Shown here piece by piece: positions 1-10,526 of a DNA stretch of 64,000 bases (position 1 is its first letter; each line of letters begins with the position of its first letter). Source of the stretch: an uncultured Syntrophomonadaceae bacterium (lineage in GTDB: Bacteria; Bacillota; Dethiobacteria; DTU022); assembly GCA_964389365.1 (NCBI GenBank), contig CAYMDO010000009.1:3576-67575 (forward strand). The letters run 5' to 3'. Position numbers and translations under genes: made by a program. The notes beneath the pieces are model-generated. The model saw only the letters and a program-made list of their open reading frames with translations. It was not told where the DNA came from and made no database searches.

Positions 1-424
1 AAGCCCTCCCCGGCGGCGGCACCACCGGTTATGCCGTACATATATTCCACGCGGCCCCGGAAAAGGGGCGCTACACCTGTTTCATGGAAAAAGACAGTTC
101 AATAGACATGGTTTACATGCCCGACGTGGCGGCCGGATCAGTAAAGCTGATGGAAGCTGATCCCGGTAAACTGAAACACCGAAACGCATATAATGTTTCA
201 GCCATTATAGTTGCCCCGGCGCAGCTGGCTGCAGAAATAAACAAGCAGCTTCCCGGCTTTACTATTGGCTACGAAATTGACGAGGTCAGGCAGGCTATCG
301 CCGATAGCTGGCCCGATTAGCTTGACGACAGCACCGCCCGCGGGGAAGGGGCTGGAGCCCGCGGTATGATCTGCCGGCTATGGTTAAAGATATGCTCGAA
401 GTGATTTCCAGGAAAAACCGTTAA
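1..424 (+). pseudogene. tdh: L-threonine 3-dehydrogenase (SDR/epimerase-type) 3' fragment; in-frame TAG at 318-320 then frameshift to ...GWSPRYDLPAMVKDMLEVISRKNR
   Basis: Translation from nt 3 gives ALPGGGTTGYAVHIF...RNAYNVSA...FTIGYEIDEVRQAIADSWPD*LDDSTAR. The conserved TDH C-terminus WxPxYDLxAMVKDMLE continues only in the +2 frame. Confidence 0.55.
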
Positions 425-467
425 ACGGCGCGCCTTTGGAGGAGGAAGAAAAGGCGTCGAAAATAAT

Positions 468-1207
468 TTGCAGGACCTGCGGGAGCAATTCGGCGAACTG
501 AAAACAGAAGGCCTCTATAAACATGAGCGGATCATCACCAGCCCACAGTCGGCCAGGATTGCAGTTTCCGGCGGTGAAGAAGTTTTGAATTTTTGCGCCA
601 CTAATTACCCGGGGCTTTCCGGTCACCCCGAGGTAATCCGGGCTGCCCGGGAAACCATGGAACAGTGGGGCTACGGCCTCTCTTCGGTGCGCTTTATCTG
701 CGGTACACAACAGATTCACAAAGAGCTGGAAAATAAGGTTTCAGAATTTCTGCGGACCGGGGATACGATCCTTTACGCCGCCTGCTTTGATGCCAACGGC
801 GGAGTCTTTAAACCGCTGTTAGGCAAAGACAGCGCCATTATCTCCGATGAACTGAACCATGCATCGAAATGCTCTCCGAATCGACAGCTCTACCCGAGAA
901 GGTGATGGAAAACGCCAACTACTTCCGCCAGAAATTGCTTGAAGCCGGCCTCACTATCGTTCCCGGGGAAACAGCCATCGTACCGGTTATGCTTTACAGC
1001 AAGCCGCTGGCCCTGCAGATGGCTGACCTGATGCTTATGGAAGGTATCTACGTGATCGGGTTTGCCTGCCCGGTAGTACCCGGAGGAAAGGCCCGGCTCA
1101 GGGTTCAGCTGTCAGCGGCCCACACGGTGGAAAACCCGGACCTGGCTATTGAAGCATTTATAGCGGGTGTTCGATCACATTCTTCCGGCCTGAAACCGTT
1201 CCGGTAG
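468..1207 (+). pseudogene. kbl: 2-amino-3-ketobutyrate CoA ligase (glycine C-acetyltransferase) remnant with a ~0.6 kb internal in-gene deletion
   Basis: ORF 468-905 matches Kbl residues ~1-136 (ERIITS...VRFICGTQ...ISDELNHAS) and then diverges. ORF 869-1207, in another frame, matches the Kbl C-terminus (ENANYFR...GIYVIGFACPVVPGGKARLRVQLSAAHT). The ~210 aa PLP-lysine core is absent. Confidence 0.6.
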
Positions 1208-1254
1208 AAGCAACTCATTCAGGATATCCGTTCAGGCACCATGGAGGCAGGCTG

Positions 1255-1770
1255 CTAAAACAGGTCAAACCACCTGAACCCCGCCCTGATGTCAACCGCG
1301 CTTCCCGCTTCAGCCACTATGCTCGTCCCGGCAACAGCCGAAACAGGCTTGCCGACCGAGCTGCTCATCGCCTCCGAACCTGTCTTTGCCGGCGGTGTTC
1401 CATCTCGGGCAGGGGCAGGGCCAAAACCGATATCAAAGGCATCATGTGCTCTCTTCCAGAAGGCAGCATCCGAACCTGGGCTTAAGTTGTTCATCGTAAA
1501 AGAGTCAGTTATGCTGGCCCGGCCGATTACTGTTAGCTCTTCGTGAATATAACCCCCTGACCAGGGGCTGCTTATATCAATCAATTTTCTTAGTTCTCCG
1601 CCTGTCGTGCCGCCCTGCCAGGCAAAACCGGCTTCCGGGTCTTCACCGGCCTGAGCCGAAGCACTGCCGCTAATAAATGAACCGGCGGAAGACAATACTA
1701 TTATGAAAGCAACCAGGCTAAAAATCGCCCCAAAACGCAGTCTGCTCATTTCAAGCGTCTCCTCCTTCAA
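1255..1770 (-). CDS. hypothetical secreted protein (N-terminal signal peptide, Gly/Ser/Ala-rich)
   Basis: ORF with a hydrophobic N-terminus (RFGAIFSLVAFIIVLSSAGSFISGSASA) and no recognisable domain. A 85-aa ORF (1289-1546) on the + strand overlaps it. Confidence 0.4.
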   Translation of the reverse strand: MKEETLEMSRLRFGAIFSLVAFIIVLSSAGSFISGSASAQAGEDPEAGFAWQGGTTGGELRKLIDISSPWSGGYIHEELTVIGRASITDSFTMNNLSPGSDAAFWKRAHDAFDIGFGPAPARDGTPPAKTGSEAMSSSVGKPVSAVAGTSIVAEAGSAVDIRAGFRWFDLF

Positions 1771-1929
1771 ACGGTTTAGATCAACTTATCATGGATCATG
1801 ATTATGATCAACAGCACCTTTTTCACATCGTTCCGCCGGCAGGAATTACATCAAACATTGTGGAAGTTAATAACACCGGTCGGGCACCAAACCTGTTAAC
1901 TTTCTGCTGTTCAGAAAAGAGTTGATTCA

Positions 1930-3252
1930 ATGACAACGACACTGTTTCGCGATGCCCTGATCGTTACCATGGATGACGAAAGGCGCGTTCTGAAAGGCAG
2001 CCTGCTGGTCGAAGGTGAACGGATCAAAGCGGTGGATTCAGCGGATGTAAAGGCTGATCGGGTGATCGACTGCAGGGGCAGTGCGCTTATACCGGGGTTG
2101 ATCCAGACCCACACCCACCTGGTGCAGGTGCTCTTCAGGGGACAGGCCGACGATTTGGCCCTGCTCGATTGGCTTCGTAAAAAAATCTGGCCGCTGGAAG
2201 CAGCCCATGATGTTGAGAGCGTATATTACTCTGCGCTGCTGGGTATTGGCGAACTGCTGCGCGGGGGCACCACCGCCATCGTAGACATGGCTACCGTCAA
2301 CCACACCGAAGCTGTATTCGAAGCAATCTGTGAAGCCGGGATTCGCGCCACCAGCGGCAAGTGCATGATGGACAGCGGTTCGGATAAACCGGCGGGCTTG
2401 TACGAATCAACTGCCGACTCCTTGCAGGTTAGCATTGGCCTGCTGCAAAAATGGCACGGGAAGGGAAACGGCCGCCTGCGCTACGCCTTTAACCCGCGAT
2501 TTGTGCTTACCTGCAGCGAGGAGCTGCTGCTTGAAATCCGCGACCTGGCCAGGCACTACAACGTGCTGGTCCACAGCCATGCCTCGGAAAACCGCGACGA
2601 GATAGCCAAGGTTGAAAAAGCCCTCGGCCGCAGGAATATCAACTACTTTGCCGATATCGGCCTGACCGGCAGCAACCTGATCCTGGCGCACTGTATATGG
2701 GTAGATGAAGCGGAGCTGGACATTTTAAAACAAAGCGGCACTACCGTGGCCCACTGCCCTTCATCAAACCTGAAGCTCGGCTCCGGCATCGCCCCGGTGG
2801 TCAGGATGCGCGAGCTGGGCATCAACCTCTCACTCGGGGCCGATGGCGCTCCCTGCAACAATAACCTCGACCAGTTTTTAGAGATGCGCCTAGCCGCCCT
2901 GATCCAGAAGCCGATACACGGCCCGGCAGCGCTGCCGGCAGAACAGGTTTTTGAAATGGCTACGCGCGGCGGAGCAGCAGCAATGCATCTCTCCGCAGAA
3001 ACCGGCTCTCTGGAAGCCGGCAAAAAAGCCGATCTTGCACTGGTTGATTTAGGCCGCCCGCACAGCATGCCCTCCGCGGGCAAAAATATTTACAGCCGCC
3101 TGGTTTATGAAGCCAAAGCCTCCGACGTCTGTTTGACCATGGTTGACGGGCGGATTCTTTTTGAAAACGGGGAGCTGCAAACTGTCGACGAGGCATCCGT
3201 TTTGGCAAACGCCGAAAAAGCCCTTCAGCGGGTGTTGGCCAGGATAACCTGA
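1930..3252 (+). CDS. COG0402 amidohydrolase (MtaD / guanine deaminase / chlorohydrolase family)
   Basis: Metal-binding HxH (IQTHTHL), HSHASE, AHC and GADGA motifs. 440 aa. Confidence 0.8.
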   Translation: MTTTLFRDALIVTMDDERRVLKGSLLVEGERIKAVDSADVKADRVIDCRGSALIPGLIQTHTHLVQVLFRGQADDLALLDWLRKKIWPLEAAHDVESVYYSALLGIGELLRGGTTAIVDMATVNHTEAVFEAICEAGIRATSGKCMMDSGSDKPAGLYESTADSLQVSIGLLQKWHGKGNGRLRYAFNPRFVLTCSEELLLEIRDLARHYNVLVHSHASENRDEIAKVEKALGRRNINYFADIGLTGSNLILAHCIWVDEAELDILKQSGTTVAHCPSSNLKLGSGIAPVVRMRELGINLSLGADGAPCNNNLDQFLEMRLAALIQKPIHGPAALPAEQVFEMATRGGAAAMHLSAETGSLEAGKKADLALVDLGRPHSMPSAGKNIYSRLVYEAKASDVCLTMVDGRILFENGELQTVDEASVLANAEKALQRVLARIT

Positions 3253-3263
3253 GATTTCCTGCT

Positions 3264-4247
3264 CTATTTTCCACCCATCAGCAGGACCATCAGGGCTTTT
3301 GACGTGTGCAGGCGGTTTTCGGCCTCATCGTAAACAATCGAGTGCGGGCCGTCTATAACGGCATCGACCACCTCGTTGCCCCGGTCGGCCGGCAGGGCAT
3401 GCATATAGTAAACATTCTCGTTGCCCATGGCGATTTTTTCTTCCGTGCAAATCCAGTGCTTATTGGCATCCAGCAGCTCGCTGCCCCGTTTGCCTTCCGG
3501 ATCGCTAACCCAGCTGCCCCAGTTCTTGGGGATCACTACATCTGCGTCCCTGTAAGCAGCCTCCATATCGTTGGTGATTGTCAGCGAGCCTCCGTGTTTT
3601 TTGGCGTTGGCCTCGGCCTGCCCGATCACCCAATCAGGCATTTCATAACCCTTCGGGTAAGCCAGCCAGACATCCATCCCGTAGCGGGGGAAGAGCAGCG
3701 CCTGCGAAAGAGGCACCGAAATCGGCTTTTTGTGGCTGGTAGCATAAGCCCAGATAATAGAAACTTTTTTCTGCTTCAGATCATCCATCTTCTCCTGCAT
3801 GGTCATCAGGTCGGCGATAGCCTGCAGCGGGTGATACAGGTCGCACTGCATATTGATCACCGGCACCGTGGAGTTTTCGGCCATTTCCCGCAAATACTTG
3901 TTGCCGGTCTCCCAGAAACAGTTTCGGCAGGCGATGGCGTGCCCGTAGCGCGAGAGGATGATTGCCGTATCCTTGGCCACCTCGCCGTGCGAAATCTGCA
4001 TTGTGCCGGTATCAAGATAGTTGGCGTGGCCGCCCAGCTGGGCGATGCCCGCCTCCATTGAATTCCTTGTCCTGGTCGATTGCTCAAAAAACATTAAAAA
4101 GATCGTTTTATTTTCAAGATAGGAAGTGCTGAGGCCCATTGCAAATTTCTTCTTAAGATCGAAAGACACCTCCAGCAGGGTGTCGATTTCTTCTTTCGTC
4201 CAATCCTGCAGGGTAATAAAATGCTTGTTCTTAAAACAGGTCTGCAT
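3264..4247 (-). CDS. ygeW: YgeW-type knotted carbamoyltransferase (OTCase/ATCase fold)
   Basis: STRTR motif, HPLQ and ornithine/aspartate carbamoyltransferase-like domains. Start ATG at 4247 (M95 of the track ORF), preceded by AAGGAG. Confidence 0.8.
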   Translation of the reverse strand: MQTCFKNKHFITLQDWTKEEIDTLLEVSFDLKKKFAMGLSTSYLENKTIFLMFFEQSTRTRNSMEAGIAQLGGHANYLDTGTMQISHGEVAKDTAIILSRYGHAIACRNCFWETGNKYLREMAENSTVPVINMQCDLYHPLQAIADLMTMQEKMDDLKQKKVSIIWAYATSHKKPISVPLSQALLFPRYGMDVWLAYPKGYEMPDWVIGQAEANAKKHGGSLTITNDMEAAYRDADVVIPKNWGSWVSDPEGKRGSELLDANKHWICTEEKIAMGNENVYYMHALPADRGNEVVDAVIDGPHSIVYDEAENRLHTSKALMVLLMGGK

Positions 4248-4266
4248 GTGGCTCACTCCTTGATTT

Positions 4267-5475
4267 TCATAAGTATTTATGACTATATAGAAAAGGGATC
4301 GCCGCGTACATGGCGGCCGCCCTGACCAGCTCGCTCTTCCAGGTTTTTTCGTCGGGAGCGTGAGCCTGGTCTTCGTGCCCCGGCCCAAAACCGACACAGG
4401 GTATATTATAGAGTCCCATGATCGAAACGCCGTTGGTCGAAAAAGTCCACTTATCAAGCAGGGGCTCGCTGCCAAAAAATCCTTTATATGCTTCAACCAG
4501 CGTGAGGACCGCGGGATGATCTTTTTCAATAACCCATGCCGGGAAATATGCTTTAGTCGGGTAAACCAAACTGGTGTAGGACGGGCGGTTATAGTCGTAG
4601 AGATCTACAGTGGCCCCGGCGGCCCTGATGGCAGGCAGCTTCTCAATCTGCCTAATGGCCTTTTCCGCCGTTTCACCGCGCGTCAAACGTCGATCGATTG
4701 AAATCGAACAGCCGTCAGCCACGGCACAGCGCGAAGGCGAACTGTAGAATATTTCGGAAACGGTCAGCGAACCGGGGCCTAAGAAATCGTCTTCACCCAG
4801 GTTTTCGTTCAAAGCCCGCAATTCGGTAAGAATCGGCGCCATCTTGTAAATGGCGTTATCGCCGCGCTCCGGCGCAGAACCGTGGCAGCTCAGGCCCCTT
4901 GTTGCCACTTTTATTTCCATCCGGCCGCGTTGTCCAAGGTGGATATTGCAGGAAGTGGGCTCGGTCAGCACTACCATTTCAGGCCGGATTTTACTTTCGC
5001 CAATAATATACTGCCAGCAGAGCCCGTCGCAATCTTCTTCCTGAACAGTACCGGTGAGCAGAAGAGTGTAATCACCGCCCAGGCCCAGCTCGTTAATTAT
5101 TTTTGCGCCGTAAACCATGGCTGCCATGCCGCCCAGCTGATCGGAAACTCCCCGGCCGACAATCACTTCATCATCTTCAAAGCCTGCCAGCGGGTCGTAT
5201 TCCCAGAGATCGGGATCGCCCACGCCAACATTATCAATGTGGGCATCAAACGCGATCAGGTGGCTGCCCCGGCCGGCATATCCGAGAATATTGCCCATCG
5301 CATCCACTTCTATCCGCTCCAGGCCAACCTTCTCCATTTCCTCCCGAATCCTGGCTATCCGCAAGGCCTCGCCGGCGCTTTCAGCCGGTATTGCCGCCAT
5401 ATCCCTTAAAAACTTGGCCATTTCAGCTTTATATGCTTCCGCCCGCCGATAAATCTTTTCAAAATCAGGGTACAT
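4267..5475 (-). CDS. ygeY: YgeY-type M20 family peptidase/deacylase
   Basis: M20/ArgE/DapE-like motifs. Synteny with ygeW. Confidence 0.8.
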   Translation of the reverse strand: MYPDFEKIYRRAEAYKAEMAKFLRDMAAIPAESAGEALRIARIREEMEKVGLERIEVDAMGNILGYAGRGSHLIAFDAHIDNVGVGDPDLWEYDPLAGFEDDEVIVGRGVSDQLGGMAAMVYGAKIINELGLGGDYTLLLTGTVQEEDCDGLCWQYIIGESKIRPEMVVLTEPTSCNIHLGQRGRMEIKVATRGLSCHGSAPERGDNAIYKMAPILTELRALNENLGEDDFLGPGSLTVSEIFYSSPSRCAVADGCSISIDRRLTRGETAEKAIRQIEKLPAIRAAGATVDLYDYNRPSYTSLVYPTKAYFPAWVIEKDHPAVLTLVEAYKGFFGSEPLLDKWTFSTNGVSIMGLYNIPCVGFGPGHEDQAHAPDEKTWKSELVRAAAMYAAIPFLYSHKYL

Positions 5476-5515
5476 TTAGCAGAACCTCCTTCAATACCGG
5501 GTGCGGGCAGTTTTC

Positions 5516-5992
5516 TCAGCCCTGTTCTTCTTCCAGGGCCTTTTCCACGGCTGTAATAATTTTCTGGTAACCGGTGCAGCGGCAGAGATGCCCGGCCAAC
5601 TCTCTTTTTATTTCATTTCTGGTATAACTCCTGCCGCCTGCCGCTATAGCCGAAGCTGTAACCACGAAACCCGGGGTACAAAACCCGCACTGCACCGCGC
5701 CCTCGCCGACGAAGGCTTTTTGCACTTTTGAAAGCTCGCCCCCGGCGGCAAGACCTTCAACGGTTGTAATCACCCTGCCATCGGCCCAGACTCCAAGGTA
5801 AAGGCAGGCATTGAGGGGAACTCCGTCAACCATAACAGTGCAGGCCCCGCATTCGCCAACGCCACAGCCTTCCTTGGCGCCGGTCAAATGCAATCTTTCC
5901 CTCAGGATTTCAAGGAGTGTTTCCCCGGCACTGATTTCCAGTTCATAGTTCCTGCTGTTTATGGTTACGCTTATTCTTTTATGCACTTTCAA
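5516..5992 (-). CDS. xdhC: xanthine dehydrogenase-family [2Fe-2S] subunit
   Basis: CGxGxCGAC and CGFCTPG 2Fe-2S motifs. 158 aa. Confidence 0.85.
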   Translation of the reverse strand: MKVHKRISVTINSRNYELEISAGETLLEILRERLHLTGAKEGCGVGECGACTVMVDGVPLNACLYLGVWADGRVITTVEGLAAGGELSKVQKAFVGEGAVQCGFCTPGFVVTASAIAAGGRSYTRNEIKRELAGHLCRCTGYQKIITAVEKALEEEQG

Positions 5993-6863
5993 CCCCTCCT
6001 GCCCGGCCCGCCGCTATTTTCAGTGCCCTGGCCGTCAGCTCGGCAACCAGGTGCTCCCTGTATTCCCGCGAGGCCCTCCACGAGCTCCTGGGGCTGGCAT
6101 CTTTCAGGGCCAGTCTGCCGGCTTCTGCCAGGACCTCTTCGGTAACAGCCCTGCCCCGGGCATATTCTTCAGCCCTGCCGCAGCGCACCGGTGTAGGCGC
6201 GGCAACGCCCAGGCTGATATGCACCTCTTCAAAACACTGCTCTGCAGAAAGCCGGCAGGTAACTGCAACAGCGATCATCGCCAAATCCATCGCCCTGCGC
6301 GGCGCAAACTTGATGTAAGCGCCGCTCACCCCGCGGTAACTCTCTTCGTTAATCAATATCGCAGTAATCAGTTCGCCGGGCGCCAAATCCACCCGGCCCG
6401 GCCCGCGGTAAAACTCCTGGATCGGGACTAACCTGGCCCGATCTTTCGTTTGAACCCTGAGCCGCGCATCAAGGGCAAAGAGGGTCGGGGCGCTGTCTGC
6501 CGAAGGGGCGCCGCTGCAGATGTTGCCGCCAATTGTAGCCACAGCGCGCAGCTGGGGGCCGCCTACCGTCAACGCCACTTCGCTTAAGATCGGCAAATGC
6601 CCGGTGATCAGGGGGTCTGCGGCCAGGTCTCTAAAAGTTACCAGCGAGCCGATACTGATAGTATTATCGTCGAGCAGGCTGACTGCTTTCAGAGCTTCAA
6701 GTGACCTGATGCTGACCAGGCACACGCTGTTTGCCGGCTCTTCACGCATTCTGACCAAAAGGTCGGTTCCCCCGGCAATAACCCGGTAATCCGGGTGATT
6801 TGCCATCAATAAGAGCGCTTCATCCAGCGTTTGTGCTTCAACATAATCCTCCACATGAAACAT
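5979..6863 (-). CDS. xdhB: xanthine dehydrogenase-family FAD-binding subunit
   Basis: FAD_binding_5 / CO dehydrogenase flavoprotein-like (AGGTDL, TIGGNI). Start ATG at 6863 after AAGGGGG. Confidence 0.85.
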   Translation of the reverse strand: MFHVEDYVEAQTLDEALLLMANHPDYRVIAGGTDLLVRMREEPANSVCLVSIRSLEALKAVSLLDDNTISIGSLVTFRDLAADPLITGHLPILSEVALTVGGPQLRAVATIGGNICSGAPSADSAPTLFALDARLRVQTKDRARLVPIQEFYRGPGRVDLAPGELITAILINEESYRGVSGAYIKFAPRRAMDLAMIAVAVTCRLSAEQCFEEVHISLGVAAPTPVRCGRAEEYARGRAVTEEVLAEAGRLALKDASPRSSWRASREYREHLVAELTARALKIAAGRAGGVESA

Positions 6864-6864
6864 A

Positions 6865-9210
6865 TCAGCCACCCCCTTTAATCAATCCGGCTGCTTTAAA
6901 GTGCTCGAATGCGATCTGTGGCCTGATTGGAATCCGGTTTATGGAGACCCCTGTGGCGGCAAGCAGGGCATTGCGGATAGCCGGGGCAGGTGAAATAACC
7001 GGCGGCTCGCCGAGCGACTTATTGCCGTAAGGCGCGGTCGGCTCATAGGTTTCGATAAAATCAAGGCCGATTTCCGGCATGTCCATAATCGTAGGCAGCT
7101 TGTAGTCAAGCAGGTTGTTGTTTAGGATTCTCCCGCTATTCTGATCAAAAAGCAGCTCCTCGGAGAGAGCGTAACCGAGAGCCATGCTGACCCCTCCATG
7201 AACCTGCCCCTCAGCCAGCTGCCGGTTGATAATCGTTCCGGAATCGTGGACATTGAAGATTTCCAAAACCTCGATTTGTCCGGTCCTGATATCCACCTCG
7301 ACCGAGGTGAAAGTAACCCCGAAAGATATGGCATTTACTTTAGCGTTAATTGAAACATCACTGGTGATCGGCCGGGCTTCATCGCGATCGTAATAGCTGT
7401 GCAGGGCGGCTTCGGCCAGGGGCATGAATACCTGCCCTGAATCCACAGCAACAATATTGGCATCAATAATAGCCAGGGCCGCGGCCGGCTGACCGGTCAG
7501 CTCCCCGGCAAGCTTGAGCACCTTTTCCCTTATTTCAAGAGCCGCTTTCTTAACAGCCATCCCGGATATGTAAGTCTGGCGGGAAGCGTAACTGCCGGTG
7601 TCAAAAGGGCTGATATCGGTATCCTGGGTTGTAACCACATGCACGCTCCCGACCGGAATACCGATAGATTCGGCCGCCATCTGGGCTAAGACCGTGTCGC
7701 TGCCCTGACCGATCTCCGTTGCTCCCAGCTGCAGCTGAATTGAACCGTCCTGGTTGAGGACGATCCTGGCACCCGCCACTTCAAGGCAGGCCGGGTAGGT
7801 GCCTGATCCGTAGCTGAAACAGGCCATGCCCAGGCCCTTTCTTTTTACCCCGCCCTGCCTGTTCAAATTTTCAAATTGTACTTTTTTCAGATCCCAGCCG
7901 ATCAGTTCTTTTCCCCGCTTTATGCACTCCAACAAGCCAAAGCTTAAGATCCGGTTTCCGGAATGCGGGTCGCTGTAGCCAACCTGGTTCAGGTTTTTCA
8001 GACGCAGTTCCAGCGGATCGATCCCCATTTCCCGGGCAATATTATCAAGATGCGACTCCAGGGCGAAAGTGATCTGCGGCGAACCGTAAGCGCGCATCGC
8101 CCCGGCTACCGGCAAATTGGTGTAAACCGTGCGCGGCGCAAAACAGATTGTATCAAAATGATAAGTATATTTAAACTTGGAGCCTCCCGCCGCAATTACC
8201 GAGTGACCATGGGAGGCGTAAGCGCCGGTATTCGAGATAGCGTCAACCTTAATCCCCAACAGCTTGCCTTCGTTGTTAACGGCTGTCTCCAGCTTTATTT
8301 TTGTCGAATGCCTGGTCCTGGTGGAGGTCATATATTCTTCCCGGGAAAGTTCCAGTTTAACCGGCCTGCCGCCGACTGCCATAGTCATCGCCGCAACCAG
8401 CGGCTCCAGGCAGGCATCCTGCTTACCTCCAAAACCACCGCCGATGTATGGCTTGATGATCCTGATCCGCCCCCAGGGTATGCCCAGGGCCTGTCCGACG
8501 ATACGGCGGCAAATGTGCGGGATCTGGGTGGAGGAAACAATCACCAGCCGTTCATCGCTGTCAACGTAAGCGTAGGCAACATGGTTTTCAAGGGAGCAGT
8601 GCTGCGCGATTGCGGTTTCGAAGGTATTGGAAAATATTAGTTCCGCGTTTTTGGCGATTGCGTTATAGTCGCCAATATTGTAACCGGCAGCGCTGACCAG
8701 GTTGCTGCCACGATCCTCGTGCACCAGCGGAGCGCCCTCCTGCAGCGCTGCTTCCGCTGAAAACACCGGTTCCAGCACTTCGTAGTCAACTTCGATCAGT
8801 TTTAAGGCTTTTACGGCAGTAAGCTGATCAACAGCCACTACAGCGGCAATTTCATCGCCGACATAACGGGCTTTGGCAGCCAGGATTGTTTTGTCGGCTA
8901 CATCTCCGCGTGCAGGATCGATCGTATAGGGATGCCCGGCGGTCGGGTAACGGTATTGGGGTACATTTAAATGAGTTAGTACCGCTTCCACGCCGGGCAG
9001 TGCCGAAGCCTTCGTCGTGTCTATCGTCCTGACCCGGGCATGGGCGTAGGGACTGCGCAGAACCTTGCCGACCAGCATACCGCTTACAAAATGATCGCCG
9101 GCATAACAAGCTTTACCCGTCACCTTGGCCACAGCGTCCAAACGGGGAAAGCTTTTGCCGATACAGCCACCCGCCAAGGCGGATCTTTGTTTCTCTATAA
9201 TCGTTCCCAT
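6865..9210 (-). CDS. xdhA: xanthine dehydrogenase-family molybdopterin-binding large subunit
   Basis: 781 aa. Aldehyde oxidase/xanthine dehydrogenase a/b hammerhead and MoCo-binding domains (GGGFGGK). Confidence 0.85.
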   Translation of the reverse strand: MGTIIEKQRSALAGGCIGKSFPRLDAVAKVTGKACYAGDHFVSGMLVGKVLRSPYAHARVRTIDTTKASALPGVEAVLTHLNVPQYRYPTAGHPYTIDPARGDVADKTILAAKARYVGDEIAAVVAVDQLTAVKALKLIEVDYEVLEPVFSAEAALQEGAPLVHEDRGSNLVSAAGYNIGDYNAIAKNAELIFSNTFETAIAQHCSLENHVAYAYVDSDERLVIVSSTQIPHICRRIVGQALGIPWGRIRIIKPYIGGGFGGKQDACLEPLVAAMTMAVGGRPVKLELSREEYMTSTRTRHSTKIKLETAVNNEGKLLGIKVDAISNTGAYASHGHSVIAAGGSKFKYTYHFDTICFAPRTVYTNLPVAGAMRAYGSPQITFALESHLDNIAREMGIDPLELRLKNLNQVGYSDPHSGNRILSFGLLECIKRGKELIGWDLKKVQFENLNRQGGVKRKGLGMACFSYGSGTYPACLEVAGARIVLNQDGSIQLQLGATEIGQGSDTVLAQMAAESIGIPVGSVHVVTTQDTDISPFDTGSYASRQTYISGMAVKKAALEIREKVLKLAGELTGQPAAALAIIDANIVAVDSGQVFMPLAEAALHSYYDRDEARPITSDVSINAKVNAISFGVTFTSVEVDIRTGQIEVLEIFNVHDSGTIINRQLAEGQVHGGVSMALGYALSEELLFDQNSGRILNNNLLDYKLPTIMDMPEIGLDFIETYEPTAPYGNKSLGEPPVISPAPAIRNALLAATGVSINRIPIRPQIAFEHFKAAGLIKGGG

Positions 9211-10526
9211 AGCTTTGCAGCCAGCTCCCTTGCCAGGGCATTGATTTCCTTTTCGCTGATACCGGTCAGGGACCTGTCGCGCATCAATATGTTACCGGCG
9301 ACCAGTGTGGTTTCAACCATGCTGCCCGTCATCCCGAAAACCAAATGCCCGTAATAGTTTTCAGCCGTCAGGGGCGTAGGCGGATCATAGTCAGCCACAA
9401 TCAGGTCGGCCGCCGCTCCCGGAACCAGCTCCCCTGATGATACGGGGAAGAAATTGGCCATGATCTGCGGGTTATTCTCAAACTGCATCAAAGGGACTTC
9501 GGCCCAGCCGGCCCTGGGATCTTCCCGGCAGTGCTTCTGCAGGATATGCGCCGTTTTCATGCTTTCGATCATATCAGCGGTCATACCGTCTGTACCCAGG
9601 CCGAGCCTCACGCCGTTTTCGAGCATCCTGATCGCCGGCGCGCAGCCCACTGCGTTGTTCATGTTGGATTGCGGATTGTGGGCTGCATTGGTGCCGCTGC
9701 GGGCCAGGAGGCCTATTTCGGCATCGCTGATATGCACGCAGTGGGCTGCCAGGGTCTTGGGACCGAGCAAACCGTAACGGTCAAGCCGCTCCACTACGCC
9801 AATGCCGTATTTGTTTCGGCAGTGCTCGGCATCTTCGCGGCTCTCAGCCGCATGGATATGAACTCCCGAATCCAGGTCATGGGCAGCCCTGGCGCACTTT
9901 TCCATCGAGCCGGGACTGATGGTAAAAGAAGCGTGCATGCCAAAAGTTGCGGTCAGTTCCGCTGATTTTTCTTCACGGCACCGCCTGATAAAAGAAACGT
10001 TCTCTTCCAGGCCGGCCTCCATCTTTGATTCCCCGTCCCGGTCGCTTACCTCGTAACAAAGATTAGCCCTGATCCCCACATCGCGGGCGGCCCTGCCAAC
10101 CTGTTTCAGGCTGCCGGTGATCGCGTTGGGACAGGCAATGTGGTCCAACACCGTTGTCGTGCCATTTTTAATGCAGTCGATAAAAGTAACAAGGGCACTG
10201 TAATAAACATCCTCAGTCGTCAGGGCCTGGTCAAGCCTCCACCATAAACGCTCCAGGACCTGGGGGAAACTGGCGGGCGGTTCGCCTTTGAGAGCCATCC
10301 CGCGCGCAAAAACGCTGTAGGTGTGGGTGTGGGCGCAGGTAAACCCCGGCATGATCAGCTTGGCTGAACAATCGATAAAATCGGCACCGGGTGCAGCTTT
10401 CCGCAATTCTGCCGTATCACCCACCCCGGCAATTATCGGCCCGTCGATCAGGACCGCTCCCCGGTTAATAACCCGGCAGTGCTGACCGAGGGTCAGCACA
10501 GTTCCGTTTCCCAATAGCAGCATCAT
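9195..10526 (-). CDS. ssnA: SsnA-type putative aminohydrolase (amidohydrolase superfamily)
   Basis: Close match to E. coli SsnA (LWWRLDQAL, HAAE, NPQSNMNN, GTDG). Confidence 0.8.
   Translation of the reverse strand: MMLLLGNGTVLTLGQHCRVINRGAVLIDGPIIAGVGDTAELRKAAPGADFIDCSAKLIMPGFTCAHTHTYSVFARGMALKGEPPASFPQVLERLWWRLDQALTTEDVYYSALVTFIDCIKNGTTTVLDHIACPNAITGSLKQVGRAARDVGIRANLCYEVSDRDGESKMEAGLEENVSFIRRCREEKSAELTATFGMHASFTISPGSMEKCARAAHDLDSGVHIHAAESREDAEHCRNKYGIGVVERLDRYGLLGPKTLAAHCVHISDAEIGLLARSGTNAAHNPQSNMNNAVGCAPAIRMLENGVRLGLGTDGMTADMIESMKTAHILQKHCREDPRAGWAEVPLMQFENNPQIMANFFPVSSGELVPGAAADLIVADYDPPTPLTAENYYGHLVFGMTGSMVETTLVAGNILMRDRSLTGISEKEINALARELAAKLWERL

Noticed and set aside
318-320. In-frame TAG in tdh as possible pyrrolysine or programmed readthrough
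   Set aside because: No pyl genes or PYLIS-like context in the window. A frameshift follows within 25 nt and the adjacent kbl is also disrupted, so pseudogenisation is the simpler reading.
850-905. kbl split as a simple sequencing frameshift
   Set aside because: Both halves are individually well conserved, but about 210 aa of the conserved core between them has no coding counterpart in any frame. This is a deletion, not an indel error.
1840-1880. sigma54-type promoter (GGCAC-N-TGT) upstream of the amidohydrolase gene
   Set aside because: The -24 GG is present, but the -12 element reads cTGT rather than TTGC (2 of the 4 positions match, the conserved GC is missing) and no enhancer-binding protein is encoded here. 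It was kept only as a weak possibility.
3306-4061. Long antisense ORFs inside ygeW/ygeY, xdhA (7963-8640), xdhD (12577-13104), EF-G2 (45118-45525), ilvD (51564-51923), gyrA (56708-57259) and others
   Set aside because: High-GC DNA produces long open antisense frames. They overlap well-supported genes, lack RBS or domain signal, and their translations are low-complexity (Arg/Pro/Gly-rich).
10465-10526. 62-bp overlap between the xdhD 3' end and the ssnA start as evidence of a frameshift or fusion
   Set aside because: Both proteins are full length relative to homologues. The overlap is more likely tolerated translational coupling or a slightly downstream ssnA start (second Met).
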